From contig CAZYHQ010000001.1 in NCBI GenBank assembly GCA_964646855.1, positions 3,414 to 67,413 on the forward strand: a DNA stretch of 64,000 nt. The letters are read 5' to 3'. Positions 1-8,982 of this stretch are shown piece after piece. The number at the start of each line of letters is the position of its first letter. Position 1 is the first letter of the stretch. The position numbers and the translations under genes are program-made. This DNA is from an uncultured archaeon. Its GTDB lineage: Archaea; Aenigmatarchaeota; Aenigmatarchaeia; CG10238-14; SCSR01. The notes under the pieces were generated by a model. That model made no database searches and was not told the DNA's origin. It saw nothing but the letters and a program-made list of their open reading frames with translations.

Positions 1-6
1 GAGAAA

Positions 7-504
7 TTGGAAAAGGTCCACACACCATTCAGCGTTGGAAATTTAGGCACAGCAATCCGTGATGTGTTGAACCATACTGTTACGTTGGCAGAAATTTGCA
101 TTCAAACCGCAGACAGTTTGCAAAAAAATTTTGGATTGAAAGTAAACAAAGATTATTTGATTGCCGGAGCGGTTTTACACGACATAATGAAAGTTATAGA
201 GTGGCAGATGAGTAACGAAGGACCTAAACATACTGGAGTGCTCTTGGATCACTCTATGCTTGGTGTTGCGGAACTTTACAGAAGAGATTTTCCAGAGGGA
301 GTGATTCATATCGTTGCGAGTCACTTTGGCGAGAGTGGACCAACTCCTCCGAGAAATTACGAAGCGTTGATTGTTCACTACATAGATTCCATGCTGTCAA
401 TAGCTGAATTCCAGATCAATGCCGGAAAACAGAATTCCCAACTGCCGATTTTATTTTTGGATGAGGAGACAATTAAAAAAATGGGTGAAAAATCTGAGGA
501 ATGA
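7..504 (+). CDS. HD-domain metal-dependent phosphohydrolase; probably 5'-partial, since the frame is open to position 1 and the listed start is TTG
   Basis: H..HD motif (AGAVLHDIMK) with downstream His/Asp residues (LLDHSM, HIVASHFG) typical of the HD superfamily. No stop codon upstream in frame. Confidence 0.5.
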   Translation: MEKVHTPFSVGNLGTAIRDVLNHTVTLAEICIQTADSLQKNFGLKVNKDYLIAGAVLHDIMKVIEWQMSNEGPKHTGVLLDHSMLGVAELYRRDFPEGVIHIVASHFGESGPTPPRNYEALIVHYIDSMLSIAEFQINAGKQNSQLPILFLDEETIKKMGEKSEE

Positions 505-1636
505 AATCGTCGAGAAACTTGTCAATGCTGCCGCAGATTATTTGAAAAGAATAAAACCTTCTGACAACGTACTCATCGTGCACGCGCACGACAACGATAG
601 CATCTGCTCTGCCGCGATAATCTACAGGATGATCAGACATCTCTCGGAAAAGGAGCCGAAACTTTTCACGACCGAAAACAATTTTTCTATCACCGAGAGC
701 GACGCAAAAAAAATCCTGAAAACGAAATCTGATTTTATAATCGTACTTGACATTTCTGATGTGCGTGTCGATATTGCAACGCAGCTGACAAAATCAAGCG
801 GGGTGATGATAATCGACCATCACAAGCCGAGGGGGCATGCAAGGATTGTTTATGTGAATCCGAGAATTTACGACAGGGAAATCTATCTGCCGACGACGTA
901 CATAGCCTACAAAATTTACGAGAAGTTTTTGGATCCGACAGGAATTCTGTGGATTGCAGGAGTGGGCACGCTCTCTGACATGGGAATGAAGTATGCCGAA
1001 GATTTATTTTCGAAAATAAGACTTGCAGACAAGGAACTGGTAGGTGACTGCAGGTCTATCGACGAGGAACTCTTCGACAACTCAACGCTCGGGACGCTGG
1101 CGAAAATCATCGGTAGCGCAAGAGACGCGAAAGGTTTGTCTGGAGTAGAACTGGCGATGAAAGTCCTCACCTCCGCGGGCGGCTACAAAGAAATTCTGGA
1201 GAAGAAGTCGAGCGACAGCAAAAAGTTGTTCACTTATTTCGAACTTGTAGAAAAGGAATTTAAGAGAATTGTCGACGACTTCCATAAAAATAAAAAGCAA
1301 ATTAAAAATTTCTTGGTCTACAAAATAAAATCGAAAATGAATATCAAGTCTGCCATAGCAAGCTACCTGCCAAAATTTTTGGACGATAAAATTCTAGTGA
1401 TAATGCTGAAGGAGAAGGAAAAAGATTTTGTTAACGTCAGTTTTCGCAGAGGAAAAAATGTGAATGTGGATTTGGCTAGTCTTGCTGTAGCTTTGGTAAA
1501 GGGTATTCCAAATTCCAACGGCGGAGGGCATCCGCAGGCTGCTGGTGGGGGATTTCCAAAAAAATACATGAAAAGTTTCATGAAAAATCTAACAGAACTT
1601 GCATATTCTAAAAATTTATCACGAGAAGATTTATAG
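461..1636 (+). CDS. DHH/DHHA1 phosphoesterase (archaeal RecJ/GAN- or NrnA-like nuclease)
   Basis: DHH-family motifs (HAHDNDSICSAAII, DISD, IIDHHKPRG) and the C-terminal DHHA1 GGGH motif (NGGGHPQAAGGGF). Start taken at the ATG at 461; the ORF-track start at 419 overlaps the upstream gene. Confidence 0.7.
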   Translation: MRRQLKKWVKNLRNEIVEKLVNAAADYLKRIKPSDNVLIVHAHDNDSICSAAIIYRMIRHLSEKEPKLFTTENNFSITESDAKKILKTKSDFIIVLDISDVRVDIATQLTKSSGVMIIDHHKPRGHARIVYVNPRIYDREIYLPTTYIAYKIYEKFLDPTGILWIAGVGTLSDMGMKYAEDLFSKIRLADKELVGDCRSIDEELFDNSTLGTLAKIIGSARDAKGLSGVELAMKVLTSAGGYKEILEKKSSDSKKLFTYFELVEKEFKRIVDDFHKNKKQIKNFLVYKIKSKMNIKSAIASYLPKFLDDKILVIMLKEKEKDFVNVSFRRGKNVNVDLASLAVALVKGIPNSNGGGHPQAAGGGFPKKYMKSFMKNLTELAYSKNLSREDL

Positions 1637-1657
1637 TTACAACGATAACTAAAAATT

Positions 1658-2065
1658 ATGACTGAGGGCATGGATCAAGAAGAGATTAGAATAGGTAATT
1701 CAAGAACTTTCTTAATAAGTTCAGTTACAGCTTTTATATTTATTGTTACATTTACGTCAGCTTATCAAACTAATATTGAATCTGTAATAATACAAACAGT
1801 CTCAGTTTTTTGGGCTTTATCAGTATTAACTAATTTTACATCCACTATAATAGCTGTCGATTTTTTCGATAAAAAATCAATTGTTTATAGAAGAAGATTA
1901 AAATATGCTTATAATTCTGGATTTATTATATTCCAATCGGCGTTTTTAATGACGTTCGGTATAATTTTTCCTATATACTGGACTGCGATACTAGCTCTCA
2001 GTATTTTGCTGGTTATGGCTACAGTAATTTTTTTGGCCAAGTACAAGTTACAAAAGATAGAATAA
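1658..2065 (+). CDS. hypothetical small integral membrane protein
   Basis: 135 aa with several hydrophobic helices and no recognisable motif. Confidence 0.35.
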   Translation: MTEGMDQEEIRIGNSRTFLISSVTAFIFIVTFTSAYQTNIESVIIQTVSVFWALSVLTNFTSTIIAVDFFDKKSIVYRRRLKYAYNSGFIIFQSAFLMTFGIIFPIYWTAILALSILLVMATVIFLAKYKLQKIE

Positions 2066-2118
2066 TTTACCAGTCGATGAAATTTTCTGCCCGTATGAGA
2101 CATGCAAAAAATCATTTC

Positions 2119-2832
2119 TTATATTGTTCCTAATGGAAAATGGAATTTTATAGTTTTTAGAACAATTTTAATAAAATCTAGAATATTCCATTCTAATTTT
2201 TTATAATCTGTACTGCCAAAGGGCGTGTGAGAAGAAAGTCCAAAATACGTTGTGAATTTCGAACCAATGTCAATAAGTTCTAATTTGTGTATGAAACCAC
2301 TCCTATACTGATCGTAAAAATTTTGTAGATAATCTTCAAATAAATTTTTTAAGAAACTTATTTTCTCTTCATCTAAAGTTTGATTTCGCATGAGAGATGC
2401 GTAATTGTGGATTACAAAATCTGGGAATGGTAAGATATCTTTTTCAAAGGATTCCATAACAGTTGTGACAAAATTTCGTCTACTGCCATATTTTTTTAAA
2501 TATTCTTCTTTAAGATTTTCCAAAATTGTTTGTAGTTCCTGATTACTTTTATTTGCGATTGTTTCTAATTTTTCATCAAGTAACCAATCAATCATTTGTT
2601 TGAACTCACTACCTTGTTTGTGATTTGAAATGCCTTCTACAATAGAACATAGAATCAAATATGTTGCTTCAGGAAAACGCATATCGATATGTTTGGTTGC
2701 ATAATTAAAAATGTATGATAATTTTTTAAAAAAAATATCGGATTTAATTCCTTGTCGTTCCAAAACTTTCACATACTCTTCAAATTCTTGTTTTATTTTT
2801 TCAAGTTCTTTTTCAAATCTTTCACGAGACAT
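2119..2832 (-). CDS. hypothetical protein
   Basis: 237-aa uninterrupted ORF in a gene-dense region, charged and helical N-terminus. No family recognised. Confidence 0.4.
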   Translation of the reverse strand: MSRERFEKELEKIKQEFEEYVKVLERQGIKSDIFFKKLSYIFNYATKHIDMRFPEATYLILCSIVEGISNHKQGSEFKQMIDWLLDEKLETIANKSNQELQTILENLKEEYLKKYGSRRNFVTTVMESFEKDILPFPDFVIHNYASLMRNQTLDEEKISFLKNLFEDYLQNFYDQYRSGFIHKLELIDIGSKFTTYFGLSSHTPFGSTDYKKLEWNILDFIKIVLKTIKFHFPLGTI

Positions 2833-2949
2833 GTATGTTTAAAAAGAAAATATAACTTTATAAGTTTTTGAGTCCTTATTGTTTGCTAATTTCAAAACGA
2901 AATGAACTCCCCCAAAAGCCAGGTATACCTTCTGCGGTAAATTAGTTTT

Positions 2950-3141
2950 ATGAGTATGCAATGCTTCCGATGCAAATCCAACCGCATAATGCGCTTTGTC
3001 GACGGTTTTGGAGAGAAAAGGATGTTCTGCAGGACGTGCTCAGGGAGCTTTCCCGAAAGGAGCGTGAAACTTTTAAACGAGCAGCAGAACCTGAACAGGT
3101 TTACAAAGGAGATGCACCAGAAACTTGGGTTCCACAACTAA
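2950..3141 (+). CDS. putative small zinc-ribbon protein (63 aa)
   Basis: CxxC...CxxC arrangement (CFRCKSN...CRTCSG) in an otherwise non-coding ~550 bp gap. An alternative overlapping ORF at 2961-3149 in another frame is less protein-like. Confidence 0.2.
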   Translation: MSMQCFRCKSNRIMRFVDGFGEKRMFCRTCSGSFPERSVKLLNEQQNLNRFTKEMHQKLGFHN

Positions 3142-3309
3142 TGGTTTAGTGATTTTATGCAAGAGACAACAGCAGCAGACATAGCGATAGTCAGAGATCG
3201 TGGGGTAGAAAAATTACGCGTCAGTTTGCTGAAGGACAATCAGATGATAGGGTTTTTACGGCCGTTGAAACCCAAGCCGAAAATATTTAAGTGATTTTTT
3301 TACTTTTGA

Positions 3310-3391
3310 GGAGAGGCGGCAGCCCCTTCGGATCTATCCGACTGCTACTTTTTCCAGCCCTCTCCTTGAAAGGATTTTTTAAATTTTTATT
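3310..3391 (+). terminator. GC-rich hairpin (GGAGAGG ... CCTCTCC, ~40-nt loop) followed by a T-rich tract; plus-strand terminator-like or structured RNA element
   Basis: A 7-bp GC stem at 3310-3316 / 3359-3365 stands out in an AT-rich genome. It is followed by ttgaaaggattttttaaatttttatt on the plus strand. Confidence 0.3.
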
Positions 3392-3839
3392 CAATCGTAG
3401 GTCGAAAATCTTCTTTTTGTATATTCAGCACAAGTAAGGTTTCTGTCCTTGCAATACCTTTTCTTTTTTGCAACTCTCGCACGAAACTGCTGAGCTCTTC
3501 AATATTTCTAAATCTGGCTATTACAAATATGTCGACTCTGCCAGCTACAGAATAAACAGAACAAACGTTAGGTAATGTAGAAAGATACTTGTCGATTGTA
3601 GTGGTTTTAATAGTTGTGCCAGTAATTTCTATTACAACAGTCAGCGGATAGCCAACTTTAATCGGATTGATAAAAGCGGAGTAATTCTCTATAACACCTT
3701 CCGACTCCAATCTGTTCAACCTTTCTATAGCTGTGCTGACGGAAACTCCAAGTCGTCTTGCCAACTCACGATAAGATAAGCGTGAGTCGTCGACAATAAT
3801 CTGCACAATTTTTTTATCGAGTTCATCGAATTCCAACAT
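3387..3839 (-). CDS. Lrp/AsnC family transcriptional regulator
   Basis: N-terminal HTH (LDKKIVQIIVDDSRLSYRELARRLGVSVSTAIERLNRLESEGVI) and C-terminal RAM/AsnC_trans domain. Start trimmed to the ATG at 3839; the ORF-track N-terminal extension to 4148 is hydrophobic low-complexity sequence and unlikely to be real. Confidence 0.75.
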   Translation of the reverse strand: MLEFDELDKKIVQIIVDDSRLSYRELARRLGVSVSTAIERLNRLESEGVIENYSAFINPIKVGYPLTVVIEITGTTIKTTTIDKYLSTLPNVCSVYSVAGRVDIFVIARFRNIEELSSFVRELQKRKGIARTETLLVLNIQKEDFRPTIE

Positions 3840-3966
3840 TTGTTCGCCTTTGTCTCTTTCCAAATTACGATTGTCTGATAGTGTTCGATTTTTCCTACTA
3901 ATTTTGAACATATGTATAATTTTTATATCCACAATGTATTTATATGTTCTTATTGATAGCTCAATT

Positions 3967-4161
3967 ATGAACAAATGGAATACTCTAAATCGCAGCAAAA
4001 CTAGCATGAGGGACGCAGAGAACCTCAGCAGGAAATTAAGCGACAGAAGATACGTCGCCGACAGCGCCAGTTTCACTTGCCCGTCATGCGAGTCGAAAGT
4101 GGGCATGAAAGACCTGATCGAAAGGAAAGGAAGTTTCGGCTGCGTCAACTGCGTAAGGTAA
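3967..4161 (+). CDS. putative small zinc-ribbon protein (~64 aa)
   Basis: C-terminal CPSCES...CVNCVR (two CxxC pairs). Lies divergent from the Lrp gene and convergent with fibrillarin. Start trimmed to the internal ATG at 3967. Confidence 0.3.
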   Translation: MNKWNTLNRSKTSMRDAENLSRKLSDRRYVADSASFTCPSCESKVGMKDLIERKGSFGCVNCVR

Positions 4162-4816
4162 GAACTACGAACAAATGGAATTTTTCATAGGGGTCCAACT
4201 CCACTTTGTCCAGAATTTTAAAATGTTTCTCCAGTTTTTCTAGTGCTTGTTTGTAGACCTGTGCAGGTTCTTTCGTTACGTCGATGCTCTGCGACTTGAT
4301 TGCAATCATCGCGTATCCACCTGCTTTCAGGAATTTTTCGCAATTGCGGATTAGAATCTCGATCTGGTCTGGGCTGGCGACATCCTCGTAAACCAAATCA
4401 ACCTTTTCCAAAATCTGATTTTCGTACTCCTCCGGCTTTCGCGTGTCGGCGAGTATAGGAATTATGTTGCCTCTTTTTTCGGCAACGGGAATCAGTTCCC
4501 TCAAAACCCGCTCAGAAATTTCTATCCCGTAAATTATTCCGCTTTTGCCGATTATGTCGGAAAAATGCGATGCTGTCGTGCCCGACGCGATTCCTAAATA
4601 CAATATCTTCATTCCGGCGGACAGCGGGAAATTTTTCAACCCTTTTTTAATTGCTGCTGCTGGCTTGCTTCTGTAGTGGTCCCATGTTCTGTACTCGGTT
4701 TTGTTGTCTTTGAGTAAATCTTCTCCGTAAACTTTTTCGCCTGAAACAAGATTTTTTGTCGCGAGCTTGCTACCAATTAGAAAAACATTTTCAAACTTGG
4801 ATTTTTTAATTTGCAT
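4145..4816 (-). CDS. flpA: fibrillarin-like rRNA/tRNA 2'-O-methyltransferase
   Basis: 223 aa with SAM-binding motif KILYLGIASGTTASHFSDIIG and conserved fibrillarin N-terminal region (FENVF...VYGE...YRTWDHYRSK). Sits directly downstream of nop5, as in the archaeal nop5-flpA operon. Confidence 0.9.
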   Translation of the reverse strand: MQIKKSKFENVFLIGSKLATKNLVSGEKVYGEDLLKDNKTEYRTWDHYRSKPAAAIKKGLKNFPLSAGMKILYLGIASGTTASHFSDIIGKSGIIYGIEISERVLRELIPVAEKRGNIIPILADTRKPEEYENQILEKVDLVYEDVASPDQIEILIRNCEKFLKAGGYAMIAIKSQSIDVTKEPAQVYKQALEKLEKHFKILDKVELDPYEKFHLFVVLTLRS

Positions 4817-4820
4817 AAAA

Positions 4821-5894
4821 TTACTTAGAACTTAGTATTTCTTTAACTCTTGCCTGGAGCTCTATTTTCATCTTGTCCGCCTTGTATTCCTTGCCGTAGT
4901 AGTCCAGTTTGGCTGCAATGGAAAGTTTTGACGCGAGCACTCTGGCTATTCTTCCCTTCAGTTTTTCTGGGGCGTTCTGCACAAGAGGATGGTTGTACAG
5001 GATTCCGAATCGTGGAGACTTGCCTTGACCGTGCAAAAATCTGAACAGGGCTTTCTCTGCACCTAACAACTGTATTGTTGAAGAGGGCATTCGCGAAATT
5101 TTGTCGAGTCCTCCAGAATGCGCAATCATTTTTGCGGCAAGTGAGGAACCTGCAATAGAAGTGAAGTTTGGTGCAACGCCTTGCAACAAATTATCCAAAT
5201 ATTTTGAAAGCATTTCACGAAGCTCGTACATCTTTACGAGCTCTGATGCAAGTAGCTGCATTGCTTTGACGTCCTCTTCACCGAAATCTGCTCCAATACT
5301 TTTTTCCTTAATCAAATTCAATTCAGGATCTTCTACGTTTTTCCTTTGACCGAATTTTTCAACGAGTTTAACAAATTTTTCATGCGAACTGACTGCACGC
5401 TCCATCTCTGGAAAATGCAAACCGTACCATTCGCGCAAACGCTCGACAAAAATATTTATCGATTTGTCCAGCTCTTCCATCGTTCCGTTAACCTGGGAAA
5501 TCAGACTGTCTCTGCCGACTGCCGACTTGATCTTCACTTTGGCGAGCTCGATGTTGACTTTTGAAAACAGTTGGTTGAACTCTGCTTGATCTTTAATAAT
5601 TTTGTAATCAACAGCCAGCTTTCGCAGATTTTCTTTTACAAAAATTTCAGCCGGGGTGTTGGGCTCTACATGCTTTACTCCTGGCTTTCTGTAGCCGTAA
5701 ATGAATGTTCTGAACTTTTTTCTTCCAAGCTCGTCCCTTACCTGCTTCTCTTCTTCAATCAGCTCGAGCTCTGACTTCTTGAGTTTCTCCGCCGCCTTCG
5801 CTGGATCTCTGGGCAACTGCCTGAACGCCAAAACTTTATTGTCCTCGTCTACCCCGAAAACTCCGACAAAAGTCGTGACAATGTAAGCTTTCAT
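4821..5894 (-). CDS. nop5: Nop5/Nop56-family C/D box snoRNP protein
   Basis: N-terminal NOP5NT-like region, coiled-coil middle, and Nop domain (GKSPRFGILYNHPLVQ, ASKLSIAAKLDYY). Adjacent to fibrillarin on the same strand. Confidence 0.85.
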   Translation of the reverse strand: MKAYIVTTFVGVFGVDEDNKVLAFRQLPRDPAKAAEKLKKSELELIEEEKQVRDELGRKKFRTFIYGYRKPGVKHVEPNTPAEIFVKENLRKLAVDYKIIKDQAEFNQLFSKVNIELAKVKIKSAVGRDSLISQVNGTMEELDKSINIFVERLREWYGLHFPEMERAVSSHEKFVKLVEKFGQRKNVEDPELNLIKEKSIGADFGEEDVKAMQLLASELVKMYELREMLSKYLDNLLQGVAPNFTSIAGSSLAAKMIAHSGGLDKISRMPSSTIQLLGAEKALFRFLHGQGKSPRFGILYNHPLVQNAPEKLKGRIARVLASKLSIAAKLDYYGKEYKADKMKIELQARVKEILSSK

Positions 5895-5933
5895 AGATTT
5901 TTATTTATACTAGTAAACTTTAAATGTGACAAA

Positions 5934-6173
5934 ATGGCAGAGGTAAACCTGGTTTCTGTCGGCATCATGGCGGTTTTGATAGGCGTGGTTTTAATTTTCG
6001 CAGGCATTATGCAGCAATCAAAGGGTAAAACGAAAGTCGAAGGCGGAGGTGTAATCTTCATTGGGCCGATACCGATTATTGGTGCTACAAGCGAACGGGC
6101 ACTTTACTTCGTGATTGCGCTGGCTGTAATCTTTTTATTAATCTCCGTTGTACTAAATTTAGTTGGTAGGTAG
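5934..6173 (+). CDS. small two-helix membrane protein (79 aa), hypothetical
   Basis: Two hydrophobic segments flanking a Gly-rich loop (EGGGVIFIGPIPIIGATSE). Overlaps the htpX start by 11 nt, suggesting co-transcription. Confidence 0.4.
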   Translation: MAEVNLVSVGIMAVLIGVVLIFAGIMQQSKGKTKVEGGGVIFIGPIPIIGATSERALYFVIALAVIFLLISVVLNLVGR

Positions 6174-7017
6174 AATGTCTTTCATAAGAACTGCAGCTTT
6201 GTTGGGGTTGTTGACCGGCATACTGCTTGCAATAGGTTTCTTTTGGTCGGGCGTAGCTGGTATGACGCTTTTCTTAGGAATCGCGCTTGTAATTAATTTT
6301 TTGTCATACTGGTTTTCAGACAGGATTGTACTTGCAATGTACAGAGCAAAACAAATTTCAAAAAGTGATGAGCCGAAATTGCATGAAATTGTGGAAAAAC
6401 TTTCGAAGGAAGCTGGCATACCAAAGCCGAGATTGTACAAAGTTAGTTTGCCTGTGCTGAATGCGTTCGCAACCGGTAGAAATCCTAATCATGCCGCAGT
6501 TGCGGTAACAGACGGTTTAATGAAACATTTAGAGTGGAATGAAATTGAAGGCGTGCTTGCTCACGAATTATCCCATGTAAAAAACAGGGACACTCTAACT
6601 TCTACGCTTGCTGCAACTGTGGCCGGAGCGATTGCATGGATAGCACAGATTGCGTGGTGGAGTTTGTTTACTGGCGGTGGCAGAAGGCAAGGTGGAAGTA
6701 TGATCTTTCTGCCGTTGCTGTTGCTAGCGCCATTCGCAGCAACTTTGATACAGCTTGCAATAAGCCGTACAAGGGAATATTCCGCTGATAAAACTGGTGC
6801 TCTGCTTTCTGGAAAGCCGTTAAGTCTTGCCACTGCTTTACAGAAAATTTCAAATGTTGCAAAACAGCATCCTATACATGGAAATTCTGCAACGAGCCAT
6901 TTGTTCATAGTGAACCCGTTCAAAGCCGATGGTTTTGTGCACCTCTTCATGACTCATCCTCCAGTAGAAGCCCGCGTACAAAGATTGAAAGAAATAGCTA
7001 AAGAATTAAAGAAGTAA
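6163..7017 (+). CDS. htpX: zinc metalloprotease HtpX (M48 family)
   Basis: HExxH motif (LAHELSHVKNRD), four transmembrane segments, and a conserved HtpX C-terminus (ADKTGA...KI, THPPVEARV). Confidence 0.85.
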   Translation: MVGRMSFIRTAALLGLLTGILLAIGFFWSGVAGMTLFLGIALVINFLSYWFSDRIVLAMYRAKQISKSDEPKLHEIVEKLSKEAGIPKPRLYKVSLPVLNAFATGRNPNHAAVAVTDGLMKHLEWNEIEGVLAHELSHVKNRDTLTSTLAATVAGAIAWIAQIAWWSLFTGGGRRQGGSMIFLPLLLLAPFAATLIQLAISRTREYSADKTGALLSGKPLSLATALQKISNVAKQHPIHGNSATSHLFIVNPFKADGFVHLFMTHPPVEARVQRLKEIAKELKK

Positions 7018-7026
7018 TTAATTCTT

Positions 7027-7767
7027 ATGAAGCGCGGAGGGTTGGCACTCCTGATTTCAAAAAATGAAAGTTACGTTACAAGTTTTGATAAAGATTTTCA
7101 CACTAAAGACGGTGTACTCTATGCGAAGTATCTGCGCAAGAAAAAATTCGGTGAAAAAATAAAAACTCATCTTGGAAAAGAATTTCTAATTGTTAAACCC
7201 ACCATTGCAGACATAATCGAGAAAAAAATCAAAAGAACAGCGCAAGTTATTTTGCCGAAAGATGCCGCATTAATTCTTGCTTATACCGGTGTAAATTCGG
7301 ATGCCGTGGTAGTCGATGCTGGAACGGGAAGCGGTTATCTTGCAATTTTTCTCGCAAACTTTTTGAGCAAAGGCAGGATCATAACTTACGAAAATAGAAA
7401 AGAATTTTTTGAAACTGCAAAACAGAATATAAAATCTTCAGGGCTGAAAAATATTTTTGTCAAGCAAAAAGACGTCAGCAAAGGTATAGCTGAAAGAAAT
7501 GTTGACTTGATAACGTTAGATTTGCAAAACGCCAGGGCTGTCGTAAGGCATGCACACAAATCACTGAGGGTTGGTGGGTGGCTGGTGGTCTACTCGCCGA
7601 CTGTGGAGCATTTGACATCTGTTTTGAAGGATGTAAATAGGAAAGGTTTTAGCCAAATAAAAACCGTAGAAAATATTGTTAGGGAGTGGCAAGTCGAAAG
7701 AACGACGCGCCCAAAAACCATAGGGCTGATGCACACTGGCTGGTTAACATTTGCGAGAAAATTGTGA
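7027..7767 (+). CDS. trmI: tRNA (adenine-N1)-methyltransferase TrmI / Gcd14-like
   Basis: Class I SAM motif I (VVDAGTGSGYLAIFLA), the acidic loop ITYENRKE, motif IV-like DLITLD, and a size and layout typical of archaeal TrmI. Confidence 0.7.
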   Translation: MKRGGLALLISKNESYVTSFDKDFHTKDGVLYAKYLRKKKFGEKIKTHLGKEFLIVKPTIADIIEKKIKRTAQVILPKDAALILAYTGVNSDAVVVDAGTGSGYLAIFLANFLSKGRIITYENRKEFFETAKQNIKSSGLKNIFVKQKDVSKGIAERNVDLITLDLQNARAVVRHAHKSLRVGGWLVVYSPTVEHLTSVLKDVNRKGFSQIKTVENIVREWQVERTTRPKTIGLMHTGWLTFARKL

Positions 7768-7771
7768 TTAG

Positions 7772-8383
7772 ATGATTGAAGACAAAGTTAAAAAAATGCA
7801 GGAAGTTCCACCAGAAGAACCTGCTGGACCACAGCCGTACATAAGTCCAGAAATGATACACACGGCTTTCCATGCGCTAGAAACAAAAGGAATGATTTAT
7901 TATTCCGAGGGCGGTGTTTACGTGCCAACCGAAAAGGGCTGGAAGCTTTTGATGAGCATAAGCGGGAATAGAGAAGAGATAACAGCTTACGGTAACGAAA
8001 CAGTAATTGCTACTAACAAAAACTGTTTCGCAATTATTCGAGGTAGTGAAATCAAAACCGATAAGGATTCTATTATCGCTGTAGGTGCAAACAAGTCTGC
8101 TGCTGAATTAAATCCGGAATTTATACGCTCATTGAAAGACAGCAGTAAAAAAATAGAAATGATAATTGAAGCTGATGGTATTGAGGATGTTGTAACTGCC
8201 TACAGTTCACCTGCGCTCAAGCTGAACAACGACAAAGCAGTTGTTGTAAGAAAAGACGACGTTATTGATGGAAGAGTTATTGCAATACTTGCCGATAAGT
8301 CTGCCGCTGATCTTAAAAAAGATTTGACTGAGAAATTAAAGAATCCTAAGACAAAAGTAAAAATAACTTTGGAAATAAAGTAG
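7772..8383 (+). CDS. hypothetical protein with an internally duplicated domain
   Basis: Two tandem ~55-aa segments with similar patterns (EEITAYGNETVIATNK...AIIRG...IIAVGANKSAAEL versus EDVVTAYSSPALKLNND...VIAILADKSAADL). No family recognised. Confidence 0.4.
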   Translation: MIEDKVKKMQEVPPEEPAGPQPYISPEMIHTAFHALETKGMIYYSEGGVYVPTEKGWKLLMSISGNREEITAYGNETVIATNKNCFAIIRGSEIKTDKDSIIAVGANKSAAELNPEFIRSLKDSSKKIEMIIEADGIEDVVTAYSSPALKLNNDKAVVVRKDDVIDGRVIAILADKSAADLKKDLTEKLKNPKTKVKITLEIK

Positions 8384-8390
8384 TGGTCGC

Positions 8391-8465
8391 GGGGTTGTAG
8401 TATAGCTTGGTCTAGTACCCGCGCCTCGGGCGTGCGGAACCTGGGTTCAAATCCCAGCAACCCCA
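8391..8465 (+). tRNA. tRNA-Pro (anticodon CGG); 3' CCA not encoded
   Basis: A manual cloverleaf folds cleanly. The 7-bp acceptor stem is GGGGTTG/CAACCCC with discriminator A. D-stem GTAT/GTAC encloses an 11-nt D-loop containing GG. Anticodon stem CGCGC/GTGCG encloses the loop CUCGGGC, giving U33, anticodon CGG and G37. Variable loop is 4 nt. T-arm is CTGGG-TTCAAAT-CCCAG. An alternative register giving anticodon UCG (Arg) pairs less well. Confidence 0.75.
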
Positions 8466-8508
8466 TGGTTTTTTACATCCTCACTCATAAAATTACTATT
8501 AAGATTCT

Positions 8509-8982
8509 ATGAGAATTACGAAAGGTTTTGCCGTAAAAATTTTAGTGATAACATTTTTTGCACTATCGATGGGTTACCTTGAAGCTGTTGTTGTAGTCTA
8601 CTTGAGGGACGCACTTGGCGTAACAGCTACGCAACCCAACACACAAATAGTAATCTCTGATACTGTCTTGCTGATTGAACAATTTAGAGAAGCTGCAACA
8701 ATTATCATGTTGATTGCTGTTGGCTGGTTGTATGGTAAAACGCTTAAGGAAAGGTTTGCAGCGTTCGTTTGGTGTTTTGCTCTTTGGGATCTGTTTTATT
8801 ACGTAAGTTTGTATTTTCTAGTTTCTTGGCCGTTATCAGTGATGGATATTGATCTTTTGTTTTTAATACCAGTCCCTTGGGTTGCTCCTGTGATTGTTCC
8901 TGTTGTGATTTCGGCTGTTGCATTAATTGTTTCTGGATACTTTTTGTTCAAGGAAAACAAACGTTCATTCAAACGAGATTAA
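8509..8982 (+). CDS. hypothetical integral membrane protein
   Basis: 157 aa with 4-5 hydrophobic helices. 3' end convergently overlaps hel308. Confidence 0.35.
   Translation: MRITKGFAVKILVITFFALSMGYLEAVVVVYLRDALGVTATQPNTQIVISDTVLLIEQFREAATIIMLIAVGWLYGKTLKERFAAFVWCFALWDLFYYVSLYFLVSWPLSVMDIDLLFLIPVPWVAPVIVPVVISAVALIVSGYFLFKENKRSFKRD

Noticed and set aside
1363-1671. 102-aa minus-strand ORF overlapping the 3' end of the DHH phosphoesterase gene
   Set aside because: Embedded antisense to the DHHA1 domain. Its Pro/Gly-rich stretch simply mirrors the GGGH motif on the other strand.
3236-3260. Possible C/D-box sRNA (GATGA-like word near 3243) in the intergenic region near fibrillarin/nop5
   Set aside because: The word is AGATGATA rather than the RUGAUGA C box, and no matching D box (CUGA) with terminal stem was found at appropriate spacing.
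3387-4148. Long (253 aa) form of the Lrp/AsnC ORF
   Set aside because: The N-terminal 100 residues are hydrophobic low-complexity sequence, unlike any Lrp protein. The ATG at 3839 gives the canonical ~150-aa regulator and frees the space for the divergent small Zn-ribbon ORF.
3964-4180. 13-nt repeat gaacaaatggaat occurring twice (near 3967 and near 4168)
   Set aside because: Too short and isolated to call a functional repeat. It may be coincidental or a weak shared regulatory word.
5101-5886. Chain of 60-82-aa plus-strand ORFs antisense to nop5
   Set aside because: Fully embedded antisense to a conserved gene, with no motifs and Ser/Phe-rich composition typical of reverse frames.
8385-8470. 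Alternative reading of the tRNA as tRNA-Arg(UCG)
   Set aside because: That register leaves a C-C mismatch in the anticodon stem and C33 instead of the near-universal U33. The Pro(CGG) register gives five clean pairs, U33 and G37.
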